DNA of 64,000 nucleotides from the human T2T-CHM13v2.0 reference genome, Homo sapiens, in the NCBI RefSeq assembly GCF_009914755.1, contig NC_060925.1, one strand, 5' to 3'. The stretch's first letter is position 1; every line of letters begins with the position of its first letter. Below the pieces are notes generated by a model that saw only the letters and a list, made by a program, of their open reading frames with translations, searched no databases and was not told the DNA's origin. Shown here one piece after another: positions 27,748 through 41,500 of the stretch. The position numbers and the translations under genes are program-made.

Positions 27748-29640
27748 CACTAGTGCAGTTCTAATTAACGATCCAGATGATTTTGATACACATAAAAGTT
27801 TGTGATAGCTGCTACTGCAGACAGATTCTATGATAGAGTTGAGTTTATTTTACAAAGGGAGTTCTACTTCTCTAATATTTTAAAAATTTCTATTCATATT
27901 GTTGCCTCACAACCTGAATTTGGCTTCTTGAATTGTTAAGTCATTCAAATATTTTTTGTGTTGTTCCTGAGTTGGCCAGGTCATAAGAGCTCACCCAAGG
28001 GGAGAGTGGGTCTATCAATGGCAAGTCAACCTTTGGAGACCTGATAATTGTCAACTGAGGAGGCCTTGGGTGAACCCAGTAAGAGTCTGATCTGTGATTA
28101 AAGTATAGTTGTATGAATTGAATAACAGAAACCGTTTCTAACAACACTGGAGCCACTTCATTGTTTATTTTTGAGGAGGTTAATGTATGTAACTCGACTA
28201 AAGAAATTTCCCGAGTGTAATGGTTTTTATTTTTCTGTAGTTAAGCTTTGAAGTAAAGTAGCTTTTAAAACTAAAAAGTGAGTCTGAGTGAGTTGAAATG
28301 AATTTGGGGTTGGTGAAAGAAATACAAAGAAAGTGAGAAAAGAAGTGGCTAAAAATGTTTAAATAAACTTTTACAATGAAGGTTGTGTCTCTGGAGAATA
28401 CCTCAAAACAGTGAAATAGTGAAGTGTCAATAAATGAGAGACATAATCCGGACAACTGAGGTAATCACTTGTATTTTGTTTTTTGTTTATTCTGAGGCAT
28501 CTTAAAAATTCTGTTGAGTTACTGGGTTTCTACTTTGAGGAATAGGAGTCATAGACTTACTCCTGCAAGATTATGGAAGGAAGCAAAATTTCATACTCTT
28601 GGTGTGGATATTTTGAATGTATGTTTTTCCCTAATTTCCATTCCTGGATTTTTGGTTTGGTTTGGAATAAATATTACAATTTAATTCCTATTTTAAACAT
28701 ATTTCCTATTGGAAACAAAGTTTCACTTTTACAGAACATTTTCTGAGGTCCACTTTCTCTTTAACTATGAATTATTGATATATCTGTGTCACCAACGTAT
28801 CAATACTTTAAGCATGAAAATTATTTCTGTGTTAGATGGGTAGTAGATCCACCACAGGTATTACTTTATGGGCTGATATTTTGAGTTGTTTTAAGCATTC
28901 TTTGCATTCCTGGCTTCTTTTATGGAGAGTTGAGTCTTCATGAAAATTTCTGACTGAAAGATTTTGTCAGAACTTTGGTGGTCTGGACACAAGTGCCTTG
29001 GGGATTAAGTTAGGGTCCTCAGACAGGTATAAACAACCTTATAAAAATACAGGCTTAAGAATCTCAAAATAACATCCAGTACTAATACTTCAGTTGAATA
29101 TTTTCTCTTTTTTTCTCTCACATATCTAGGAGGATTTTAATAGATATTAATTACTGAGCCATTATTTTCCTGCCCACCTTGTATTTTAAAAGCTTCTGAT
29201 TTTTAAAAATACCCCTGAAACCAAGCTTTTAGATTCCCATAGTTGTGCTGTAATAGTGACAGCTTCCAGGTCAATGCCCTATTTCATACCATGTGCCTTT
29301 TCTCTCTGATTAACTGTGAATTGTTGGATTTGTATTTGAATGAACATCTGCACACACTCTTTGGCCAGTGTTCACAGTCATTTTCAAGTCTCAAACTGGA
29401 ACGAAGGTAGAGGTACATGCACTAAAAGGAGGAAAGGAGTAAGGTGGAGATGATGGTGTTTGTGCTTGACAGGAACTACTGCATCAAAACTTGTCAATAG
29501 TGGCATAATTTCTAAAATCATTGAAATGTATAAATTGAAATTTATATTTAAGTTTTTGTCAAAGCTGATACTTTATTAATTTGTTGAGTTTTAATCAATA
29601 CAAAGGTAAAATGATCATAATGTTTGAATTCTCTCTCATG

Positions 29641-29927
29641 TTAATAGACTCTATTTTACTTTTCTGAGTAGTTTTGGGTCTATAGAAAAATGAATAGAAA
29701 GTAGAGAGAATTTACAAATACTCCCTCCCCCTCCCCCACCCCATCAGCTTTATTATTAATATCTTGCTTTGTTGTGGCATATTTGTTAGAATCGATGAGC
29801 TGACATTGCTATATTATTATTAACTAAAGTTTGTAGTTTACATTAGGGCTATCTCTTTGTGTTGTACATTCTATGGGTTTTGAAAACATAGAATGACATG
29901 TGTCCACCATTACAGGATCATGCAGAA
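29641..29927 (-). mobile_element. L1MC-like 3' end fragment
   Basis: tattattaactaaagtttgtagtttacattagggct..gttgtacattctatgggttttg..tgtccaccattacagg. Confidence 0.7.
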
Positions 29928-30574
29928 TAAATGTTTTAAATTAAAACATTTAATGTGTTTTATTTTTCCAAAAGGGGAAAATGTGCTTTCCTCCTCCTAG
30001 TAATTGAAATGTAGAAATGTAGTACAAACATAACATTTGTTTAAAATATAATTACTTAAATTTTTACAATATCTGGGTTTTGTAGTTTTAAACACAGTTA
30101 ATTCATTCACATTCATTTAATTGTAATGCTAACTGAAAAATACAGGAAACTACAACTGACGCTTATTATCTTACAGTTCCATTTAGCAACAAGTTAATTC
30201 TAAACATCTTTGAAAGTGAAACAGCAATTATAAAATTGTCTCGCGTTCTTCCTAGATGAATCACTTTTCCTTAACACATAAATATTGAACACATTCTCCT
30301 GATGTCTCTATTGTGAAGGAGAAAAAAGAGATTCACCAGCACTTTTGAGAAACATTTTCTCAATATTCTTTTGTTTCTACTTTTATATGGGTAACGATTC
30401 TTTTTAATGCTCCCCTTCTAGAATATGCAAGCCTAAAAGGAATTAATTATTAGTGCTATGCGTAGTTCACCTATTTGGCAGAACAATAAATACTTGTTGA
30501 CTGGTTGACTGTAACTTAAGTAGTATGAATGTCAAAAGATTGGAAATGATTGACCAGTATATGGATTCTGAGTT

Positions 30575-30812
30575 TTGTAGGTTAACAGCCAAGCAGACTC
30601 TGAAACCAAATGGTAATTTTAATCTGTTCCCTAATCACCAACGGTAGACTTAGGACGCTATTAAACTTCAGCTGTCTTTTACTGGAAGGCCATATGTTTG
30701 TTTTACCTTCTCTTCAGGGATACAGAATAATTTTGAATGGGAAAGAGAAATATAAAGTATATGAAGAGCAAAGTGATTTCTTACATAGGTGAGTTTACCC
30801 AAGAAATGTGTT
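30575..30812 (+). mobile_element. Highly diverged MIR spanning the 71-nt cassette exon
   Basis: By-eye collinearity with the MIR consensus (ggttaa..ctctg..; tacct..aggg..aatg..taaag..agca.agtg..acatag..caa.aaatg). Confidence 0.5.
30718..30788 (+). CDS. PTGFR: PTGFR 71-nt alternative cassette exon (GYRIILNGKEKYKVYEEQSDFLHR)
   Basis: Strong acceptor ttttaccttctcttcag| and donor TAG|gtgagt; open in the exon-2 frame; peptide matches my recollection of the short six-TM FP isoform. Confidence 0.88.
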
Positions 30813-31199
30813 CTCTTGCAAATGTAGAATTGGAGCTTGATTTTCCTAAGGTTACTCTTATGCTAATATTTCTAGTCAACATAGTTAAACATTGTTTGGT
30901 CACTAAGGTGTTTGTTAGATATAGATCAAAGAACTGGGTGGCTAATTGAACTTTGACTGAAATTACTAAAGGTATTGGCTTCATAATGACCAAGTCTTAA
31001 AGGGCTAATGACAAATGATGGAGTAACATGACATCATAGCACATTTTGACTATTAGTGAAGATTATTTTCTTTGAAAGGCTGACCCCCATCATCATATTT
31101 AAGAATGGTGTAATGGAAATCTATGTATGTGTCTTGAGCACTTGCCTCAATACCCAAAGGATGGTGAGTGGATATATGTTTATATATTTTAAGTGAAGA

Positions 31200-31355
31200 G
31201 ATAATGTGGAAAATTGCACATGTACAATATAAATGTGTACATATATATATGTAGTGTGTATATATATTGTTTATGTATTTAGGTACATACATAAAAGTGT
31301 AGATGTGTACATACATACCTGTTTGTGTATGTATATATGCAAATACACACATAAA
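31200..31355. repeat. TA/TG/CA-rich low-complexity tract
   Basis: Direct reading. Confidence 0.7.
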
Positions 31356-31434
31356 TGTTAAATTATTTCCCAAATTTAAAAAATTAACCCATTGCCATTG
31401 GATCAAATAAGAGGGATTCTAGTGGGTGGCATAG

Positions 31435-31575
31435 CTAATAGATACTGTGTTCACTGCTTGGGTGATATTAGAAGCCTAAACTTCAGTATCCTGCAATATA
31501 CCCATGCAACAAACCTGTACATGTATCCCCTGACTCTAAAAACAAACAAACACACAAACAAACAAACAAACAAAA
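31435..31575 (+). mobile_element. Old L1 (L1PB/MA-like) 3' terminus with (CAAA)n tail
   Basis: caatatacccatgcaacaaacctgtacatgtatcccctgactctaaaa. Confidence 0.75.
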
Positions 31576-31959
31576 TGGACTGTTCTATAGTCTTATATTA
31601 GATCTTGGAATATAGGTCTTTCAGGTTTACTCTTGGATTTCTGCTGATTTCAGAGGCAATATTTTCATAAATCATTTTAGCTAGTTTTCTTTGTGAAGCG
31701 TGAGTGTCCCTCTGTTTGGAACGTGGAAGCAGCAGTGAGGTTGTCTGGATACAGGACTTATGACAACTGGGTTCTACTTCTGGGAAGTTTGTAACTTAGA
31801 CCTCAACAACTCAAAATTCATATCCAGCAGAAAAGACATATTTTAGAGATACGTTAATGTAGTGTAATCGTGGGAATTCAGGCAGCTTTCTCACATTGGG
31901 GAAGGCATGAAGTAAGTGCCATGGGGTGAATGACCAACCATAGCTAGCAGAGGAGCTGC

Positions 31960-32335
31960 CCTGGGAGATCAGGGAGCACGTTCCTGTCCCTGAGCCTTGG
32001 TGTTCTCCTGCCTGGAACACTCTCCTCTTGACATTCACGTGACTCTCTCCCTCTTTCTTCTCTGTTCTCTCAAATATCCCCTCCTCTATCTGGGCTATCT
32101 TTAAAAAGTTCCTGTTCTCTTTTCCTCTCTTCCTTTCCTCTGCTTTATCTCCCTCATAGGACCTAGCAGGGTGTGATAACATAATACATATTTCTCTGTC
32201 TATCTGGTTGTTGCTGGGCTTTTGCCCCTAGCACGTAAGCTCCTGAGGGAGGGGCCTTGCTGATTGTTCTGTGTTCAGCTCCTAGACCAGTGCCTGGCAT
32301 ATAGTTGGGGTCAGTAAGAGTCTGCCAAATGAATC
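31960..32335 (+). mobile_element. L2 3' fragment
   Basis: ctcctgcctggaacactct; gtaagctcctgagggagggg; cctagaccagtgcctggcatatagt. Confidence 0.7.
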
Positions 32336-33195
32336 TTATGTAAAGGAGGGCCCAGTTGTTGACTACCTCATTTCCACTTTGAATTAGCTCTGCTGAGGAG
32401 GTCAGGACCTGGTTGATAGCCCCTGGGAATACCTGTAGTACTTTGAATTGTGATTTGAGCTGGAGAGGTCTGAGAGGGAGAAATTCTGTGTTCAGGAGTT
32501 CCCTAAGAATGTAAGTTGGAAGTAATGTCCTGGAGAATCTTGGACTTTCTGAAGTTTGAATCCAGAATGAGAATTTAGGAATTCTGTCAGCATCTAGAGG
32601 AATTTCATGGACATACTAGGCTTGGTATTTTATTTTATGATATTACAATGATTTGTTTATATGTTTTCTCTGTTATTCCAAATGGTGCTTGGTGGCTTTA
32701 CTCTACATTATTAGTTTATGTTTTAATTTCAAATATAATGAGCCATTAATCGATGTTTATTGAATGAATAAAATAATCACTCAAGTATTGAATGGGAAGT
32801 ATCAAAGGCAAAGGAAAATATTAGGTAACAGAAATTTGGATTAATTTATCCCCAGTCTTTAACACTGATGTTTTCTCTACAGCCACACATTTTTTTCATA
32901 ATGTATTTTTTTTTTGGTATTTTATCTCTGAGAGAAACATGTTGGGGGACAAGAGGAGAACTTACTTTGAGTAAAGACCTCCAGATATTGCATGTTCCTT
33001 GTCATAAAATGAAAGCTCTGTGGTAAATATGGAAATTTGTCTGAAGCAGGCTTGCTTACATCATGTCTTTACCAGCTGATTAAATGAATGTATATGCTTT
33101 AACCTGTACTGCTATCAGACTAAAAGATTAGGTAGGTTTTATATTCACAGAGGATTAATTCTCAAAAAAATCCGACAGACCTTTTTAGTGGACAC

Positions 33196-33544
33196 TGTGG
33201 TACTCCTCCCAGATCTTCCTTTTCTCAAGGGAATTTCCTTTAGCTGAAAGTAGCTGCTTTGTCCAAGATTGTGTCCCTGTCTCTTGGGGTCAGTCTATGT
33301 GCAGTGACTGGTGGATGTGGGGATACAGGGAACTTGTTCCTTTGCCTTGTTGGGATATTTCCGAAGGTCCATTCATGCTTCAGGGCTTGCTGAGGCGTCT
33401 GTTGAGGAGTTTCCTTGCAACTGCCTTGCAGCTCCTCTCCTACCCAATCCTGCTTCCTTCTCCACTTCACACACTCTCTGGAAAGCTTCCTGCGTGCAGA
33501 TGTCTGCCCCAAAGTCTATTGCCTCCAGAGCCTACCTTAGGACA
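33196..33544 (+). mobile_element. LTR16-like (ERVL) solo LTR
   Basis: TG..CA; gctgaaagtagctgctttgtccaag, cccaatcctgcttcctt, cttcctgcgtgcagatgtctgccccaaagtct. Confidence 0.55.
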
Positions 33545-34559
33545 ACCTTCCAGAAGTCTATTTGTTCATGTACTATCTGCATATAAAGTGCATTACACAT
33601 TGGTTTACAGTGTTATTTGATAAATATATGAGCTATGTGTAGGCTATGTATATGGAATTGAGCTCATTTAAGTATAAAACTATCTCCCTCCATAAAAGTG
33701 TATGGTGTAAAATTGGCAAATGTCAATCCATTTTTAAAAGACATTGCTAGGATGAGAATTTACTCAAGAATTTGTTGCTTTGGATGAGCACAGTGATCTG
33801 GAATACTTTGTTATTTTAAACTTATTTACTCTTAGAAAAACATGACCTTTTTTTTTTAAGAAGAAAGACTTATAAAAATGCCCAAAGATATCATAGACAT
33901 CGAGACGACACTTACAAAACATTACTTGAATGACTTAAGTGTAAACGAATCAGAAACATGTGTATTAAATTTATACCCTCAAGGATATAAAAATCTTCTG
34001 GCTTAAAGGGTTTTGGGCTTTTCATTAAGCTCCAAAACATTTGAAGAACAATTCAAGATGTTGATGTGTCCCAAAGCTCTTTGGGTTGCCAGTTTTAGCT
34101 TTATTTGCTTAAGACTTATCTTTATAGGAAGTATATAAATTGTATTCCATTTATATTTGTTTTGGAAGTCATGTATAGCCACCCCAATTTAACCTGATAC
34201 ATCAGTGTCATTTATCTGTACTCAGAGAGGACTTCATCCAACAGGATAAGTTTGTCTTGTGATACTTGTAAATATACCTTTCAGAGCTTGTGTAAACCTG
34301 TCTCCTGTCTGTCCTCTTTTCTGGGTGTAACACAGCTAATGCCATAGAAGAGTGAATACAATTGTGGTTTTACATAGGCAGGGAGGTGTTTTTTTCTCAC
34401 TCCTCCTCAGCTATTGTATCCCAAATGAAATTCAGACTGTGGAATACTGAAATGGAGTGTGGCCGTGGTGTGATGGTGAAGGAGACAGAGACAATTGGAT
34501 TATGTAAAATGAATTATTTTAGCTTTTTGTGCATAGTCCCAAGTCAAGTCTTCCTTTGA

Positions 34560-34760
34560 GAATAGTGTAGTTATTCAGAGTATAGGCGGGGAGCATGAAT
34601 CTCAGCCTCACCACTTCTTAGCTATGACCTTAGAGTTACTCTAAGACAATTGTGCATATCCGTGATTATAATAATCGTAAACTCAGATGTACTATCAGAT
34701 TAAATAATTTAATTTCCCTAAAGTCTCATCACAGAGTGATTGGCACATAGTAAATGTACA
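34560..34760 (+). mobile_element. MIR SINE
   Basis: ccacttcttagctatgacctt..ggcacatagtaaatg. Confidence 0.55.
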
Positions 34761-35151
34761 ACAAAATCCAAAAATACTCAAAAAGTTTATTGGTATTAAT
34801 GCTGCCCACCATCCCAATGAAAAATAATCATCTACGTTTAGTTCAGATATTTTCCATTTTCTCTTCCATTAAGAAGGATTGGTTGCAGTAGAAAGGAAGA
34901 GAGAAGAAGCTCATAGCTTCAGAAAACTTGAACATTTCCACTCCAAGTTTCAAATTATAGGTCCTTACTTCACTATCTCATCAGAAGTAAAGATGTTGCC
35001 TGCTAACCTCCTAAATATTCTGATAATTTGTGAGGTATTAATTATTAGATCAGAGTTGTGAGTGGTACCAGGGAGTAAAGGATAAAGATCTTTCCTCAAG
35101 GAACTTATAATTTATTTGAAGCAAAAGATGTAAGTTATTAGCCTTTGAAAA

Positions 35152-35410
35152 AGCAATATAGTGTAGTGTTTAAGAATCTGGGTTCAAGTCCTGTTTCTTT
35201 CACTTCCTGGCCATGTGTCTGTAGCCACTCTGTGCCTCTGTTTCCTCATAATTAAGTAGTAATAAAGCAAAATAAAGTAAGTAAAATAAAGTGAAATAAG
35301 TAGTAATAGTATCCACTTCATAGGGTGGTTGTGAGAATTAAATAATGTTTGTAAAGCACTTAAAATAGTGTTTGACATATAACAAGTACCATATGCTTCA
35401 GTTATTATAC
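35152..35410 (+). mobile_element. MIR SINE
   Basis: gcaatatagtgtagtgtttaagaatctgggttcaagtcc..ctctgtgcctctgtttcctcat..tcatagggtggttgtgagaattaaat. Confidence 0.75.
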
Positions 35411-36779
35411 TATTCTCATTGTTGTTGCTGTTACTATTAAATAATAATGTTGCCCACTAATCATTTTGTCAATGAGATGATCAAAGACACGTTAAAATTA
35501 TTAAATGAATAATGGGAATTATAAGAGGGATTTGTCACTTCTAATTTGGTGATCCATAAGTGGTTATTTGTTTATTGATTTGACAAACATTTATTGGGCA
35601 TCTAACATATGTCAGGCACTGTTCTAGATACTAGAATAATAATCACTGTAATTTAACTGTTCATAATGTCTATGGCCTTAAACAATAGTACTTATAAGAT
35701 AAAAAGAGAAGAGATATGCAGGAAACTGAAATATAACGATTCTATCTTTTGTTACAACAGAATATCAGGTATTTTATTATGAATGTTTGTGGATGAGATT
35801 ATTCATGACAGCTTATGAAAAGGAAAAAATTTCTCTGGGCTATCATTTACAAAGAAAAATTACTGGAAATAAATGTAATCGAAAGTCAATTAATGTAAGC
35901 TGTAAGAACCAATGAGAAAATAATGCATATAATTCCCAGAGATACGGAAGTGTGAAAATGAGAAGAGAAACTCTTTAGTATTTGGGCCAGGCTTTAACAG
36001 GATTAGAATACAGCAGGTTATAATAAGTTAATATTAAATTAAAATTTTTCAAGTAATAAAATATGAGTAGAAAAATTGTCAGATAATAAAAATTTAATAA
36101 TTCAAATTAGTATTTTATACTATCTTTTGATAAGGAAACCGACTCAGGATGTAGAAGAGAAATAAATTTTGGGTGAAATGAAGCATTACAAAAGCTCCTA
36201 ACACTTTCTAAGAATTCAAGGAAGTTTTAGAAATAAAGAAAAACAATTAAATCATTAAATTGCTGTGAATATGAGTAATAGGAAGGAAACAAAAAAAGTT
36301 CATTTACGTTTTCATTTACTCATGAATAATTTATTCATTGATTTATTCTTTCAGCAGACTTTGCTGAGGAAACTGGTGGGTGTCTCTCCAGGTGGAGGGT
36401 AAAGGATAGAGACAGAGACATGACCTGGGAAAATATTCCTGAGACAAATTCTAAGACTCATGCTTTCTATCTCCTTCATTTTGTCTGTGACCTTGCATTC
36501 TCTTCTCCAAACTCCACATGCTTCCTCTGCCTACTTTTTCCACTTTTACTATGGGGTAAATATAGCTATTTGTATTTTTCTGGCTTTGCTTTGGAGCAGG
36601 TCAGGGAGGTAATGGCTTAGTAATACTGAAGGAACCTCTGATCACAAAGGTGAATTAGTAAGTACTAAATACACAGCAAGAACATTGTTGTAGCAGCAGT
36701 GGCATCAATATTGGTTGTTATTGTTATTACATATTCCTTTATTTTGCTTCTTGCATTTATGACCGTGGCTGTGGACCAG

Positions 36780-36809
36780 AAAATAGAAGGAAAAATAAAA
36801 GTCACATGA
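36780..36809 (+). CDS. PTGFR: PTGFR alternative exon, coding part KIEGKIKVT* (probable exon 36780-36921)
   Basis: ccag|AAA ATA GAA GGA AAA ATA AAA GTC ACA TGA; donor AAG|gtgaga at 36921/36922; peptide matches a recalled FP variant; after the 71-nt exon it would read ..HRK*. Confidence 0.7.
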   Translation, partial: KIEGKIKVT

Positions 36810-36989
36810 GTGAAGGAGAAACAGAACGCAAGGGTGAAAACAAGGCAATTAGGGCAGCAGAAAGCTGGTGGTATGAGGGTGAAGAGAGGCACTCTCATGT
36901 TTTGGGAACTCTGTTGGAAAGGTGAGACCTCCTTTTATTTTCACAGACGTCTTCTCCTTTATTGAGGGATATTAAATTTCATGTATTAT

Positions 36990-37950
36990 ATTCCCCAAGC
37001 TATTTGAAAAAAATATAATATTTTCTTTAGCTATAAAATTTCATTGTAAAAAATTACAACAAACTACATATTAAGTTTTTAAAAAAAATCTTCCAAATCC
37101 CACTACCCAGAAATAACTACTGTTAGTATTCTGGGTGCATCTATCTTTTTACCTAGCTAATGGGGAAAATACATTATTTTAATTCTTTGATTAATAGAGT
37201 AGTTAAACATTTTTTATTACAGTTGTTGGGCATTATCCCTTTTGTGAATGTACAGGTATTTGTATTTTTCTAAATGATTTGCAAGAACTGTTTGGATAGC
37301 AAAGAACAGATAATTCTGATATATAAAAATACTTATAAAATAAATTATTATAAAAGCAGTTGTTTGTCCAGGTTTATTGTTTGCCTTTTAATTCAGTATT
37401 TGAGTTTACAAAAGTAGTGAATTAATAATTTCTTTTGTGGTTACTGATTGTTTCATGTTTAAAAAATGCTTTTCTCAGGCTGAGATGATATCAGTATTTA
37501 CCTCTTTTTTTCTTCTAGCAATTTTCCCCATTCATCATTTGTATTTATGTTTTTAATACATTTATGACTTATTTTGGTTTGATTTACAAGTTAATGATCT
37601 GAATTTTCTATTGAATGGTTAGCCAGTTGTCCTCAAATTATTTATTGAATGCTCTTCCTGCAACCTGTTTTAAATTCCTACCTTTATTATATATAACATT
37701 CTAACATGTGCTTGGATATTTTTGGATCCTTTATCTTATCCTATTGATCTTTATGTACAATTAGTATTAGCTTTATGTACAATTATCATCTCTGTATTTT
37801 ATTTAGACTTGAGTACAATTGATCAATTTTAATATAGAGTGTTTCTTATCTTGATCACAATCTATCTTATTATCAAAGTCGTGTTTTGAATAAAAATTTT
37901 GTAACTTTCCTCATAATAGTGAGGCAAATTAGTTGCATTAGTTTTATAGC
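36990..37950 (-). mobile_element. Ancient L1ME-like fragment
   Basis: T-rich antisense L1 motifs (cccagaaataactactgttagtattctgg; tagccagttgtcc..atttattgaat). Confidence 0.5.
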
Positions 37951-37964
37951 ACTTTTATTCTAAC

Positions 37965-39185
<1,221 letters not shown>

Positions 39186-39599
39186 AATCTTTTATTTTTA
39201 TTTTTGTGTTTAAAAAAGTTATATTGGTCTGTAATTTCCCTGCTTTATTTTATTCTTTTACTTTTAATATTAGAATTATTCCAGTTTTAAAAACCAGTAG
39301 GGAAATTCTTATTTTTCCAGGTCTAGAATAATTTAAGTAATTTGGCTGTTAGTTGCTTTATGATGATTTAACATTATTTCAGCATTTTTTTGACAGTTTT
39401 AGTTTTATTCCTAGTGATTGGTTTGTTTGATTTTTTTACCTTTTTCTATTTTAATAAGTAAATTCTCAGTAAAAATTTGCTACTAAATGTATACTCTCAA
39501 GGATACTGAGTATAGTCTAATAAAATGTAATAACCTAATAAATATAATAGCATATTTGAATAAGATATAATATCTTAATATTCTAAGAATATAGAGTTC

Positions 39600-41500
39600 T
39601 TTTTGGCTAATTCCAGCATTTCTGTATCCTGGAGTCAGTCTCTGTTGGTTCTATTTTCTTTTGAGAGCAAGTCACAGTTTCCTGTTTCTTTGTTTATTGA
39701 ACATTATTGAATTGTATCTTGGGCATTGTGAATGTTATGTTAGGGAGACTCCGCATTCTATTGTATTCCTCTGAAGAGTGTTAATATTTCTGTTTTAACA
39801 GGAAATTGACTTGACCAGACTCAAACTGCAAACAGCAGCTCAAATACCATTTAAATTATTTTATCCTTAACTAGGTTACATGGAATCTACCCTAAACATG
39901 CATGATTCAAAGGTCAGCCCAAGATTTGGTCAGAATTTATATATAATATTTGGAGCTTCCCCTCTCTGGCTCTTTTGTTTCCAGGAGAACTCTGTCCTCT
40001 GATTCTTCAGGCTGGAAAGACTGTGGGTTTAGTATCAGAGTTTAGCTACTCTGCACGGCACAGACTGGGGTGTGTTTTCAGACTGGAAACTATGGAATAG
40101 GAAACTCATCCTTTTTCCCAGAGAATAATTGATTATTCTCAAGAATTTGCCTGCTTTTGGCTATTCTCCAGTGTCTTCAGGTAGTGTGTTTGTTTTTGTT
40201 TTTGGCACAGAGTTTATAGCTGTTGAGTGAAGCTTGGTTCCATAGGAGCTTATTTGGCCATACTGGAATGAAATACCACATTTAGATTTTAGATTTGAAT
40301 TGTTATTTTTTAGAAAAATTAATGCCTCTCCATTTTCTGAAATAATTTTTGATATTTTTGGAAGTTCCATAGGGATATAGTCTATGTCTACTTTGCTAAT
40401 CATTGTATTTGCAGAGCCTAATACAGGACATGTCACACAGTGAGTATTCAAGAAAATTTGTAAAATGTTGAATAAAATAAGTTTCATAACCATACTAAAA
40501 ACAGTTGAAAAGTTATGTAGAATTTGATTGACATTTTGTTTTATTGGCTTTGTTACTGCTGCAATTTCTTTTTGATCATATTGTCTCCATTCTAATGTTT
40601 GGTATTTTGATTGATTTCTAGATTGCTGAAGTATGAAATTAGACTCTTAATGTGAAGAATAAGGATGAGGCTTGTCTTCAAACTAGCATGTTTGAAAATG
40701 TACTTATCTTGGTCAATAGTTTTGCTGGTTATTGAGTTGTTATATCGAAATTATTTTCCCTTAAAGACCTTGCTGACTTTATTCTATTTTGTTTTCTTCA
40801 TTTACTTGTATAAAGAAGGAGTTTGAAACCAATTTAATTCTTTTCCTTCCTGTGTAGTTACTTATGGGATTATCTTTGGAATTTGTTTCAGTGTGGGAAT
40901 ACTTTTATTACATTTTGCTTATACTCAGGATACTTTTTTAACCTGATTTTTTTTAACCTCACAGAAATGTTCTATTTTCTTTTTTTCTGTTTGTGCTTCT
41001 GGCTACTTTGTTTTTTCCTCATGAAATGCTTATTACAAATATATCAGAGCTTCTTGATTTATTATTCATAAAAATTATCTTTTCATGCATCATATGTCTA
41101 TTTTTATTCTTTTCTACAAAAATTGCCTAGACAGATTTGGTATTCTGTTTTTATTGCATTCTTTATGTTTTGAAATTTAATAATAGTGTTTTTCCTCTGG
41201 TATGTGGCTGGAAACTTCATGGTTTTGCTGAACAGCTTCTTTTCATGAGTATTACTGTAGTCCAAAGTTACCTGAGGCACTGCCCTCTTTTGAATCATCA
41301 TGCCCTTCATTAGGAGTGTGTAGCTGTCATGACCCCCTTTACTGCTCCAAGTACAGCCTAGGAATGAATGTCACTGTCCCCATAGCAAGTGCTAGCTCCC
41401 TGCTGTGCACCTCAGAGAAATTCATGTGGTTCAAACTCTCCCCTGACTTCTATCTCTGATCCACTCTCAACAGTCCGGCCTGACTTTTCCAGCATTGGTG
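39600..41500 (-). mobile_element. Old L1M-type 5'/ORF1-region remnants
   Basis: T-rich degenerate antisense L1-like segments; boundaries uncertain. Confidence 0.35.
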
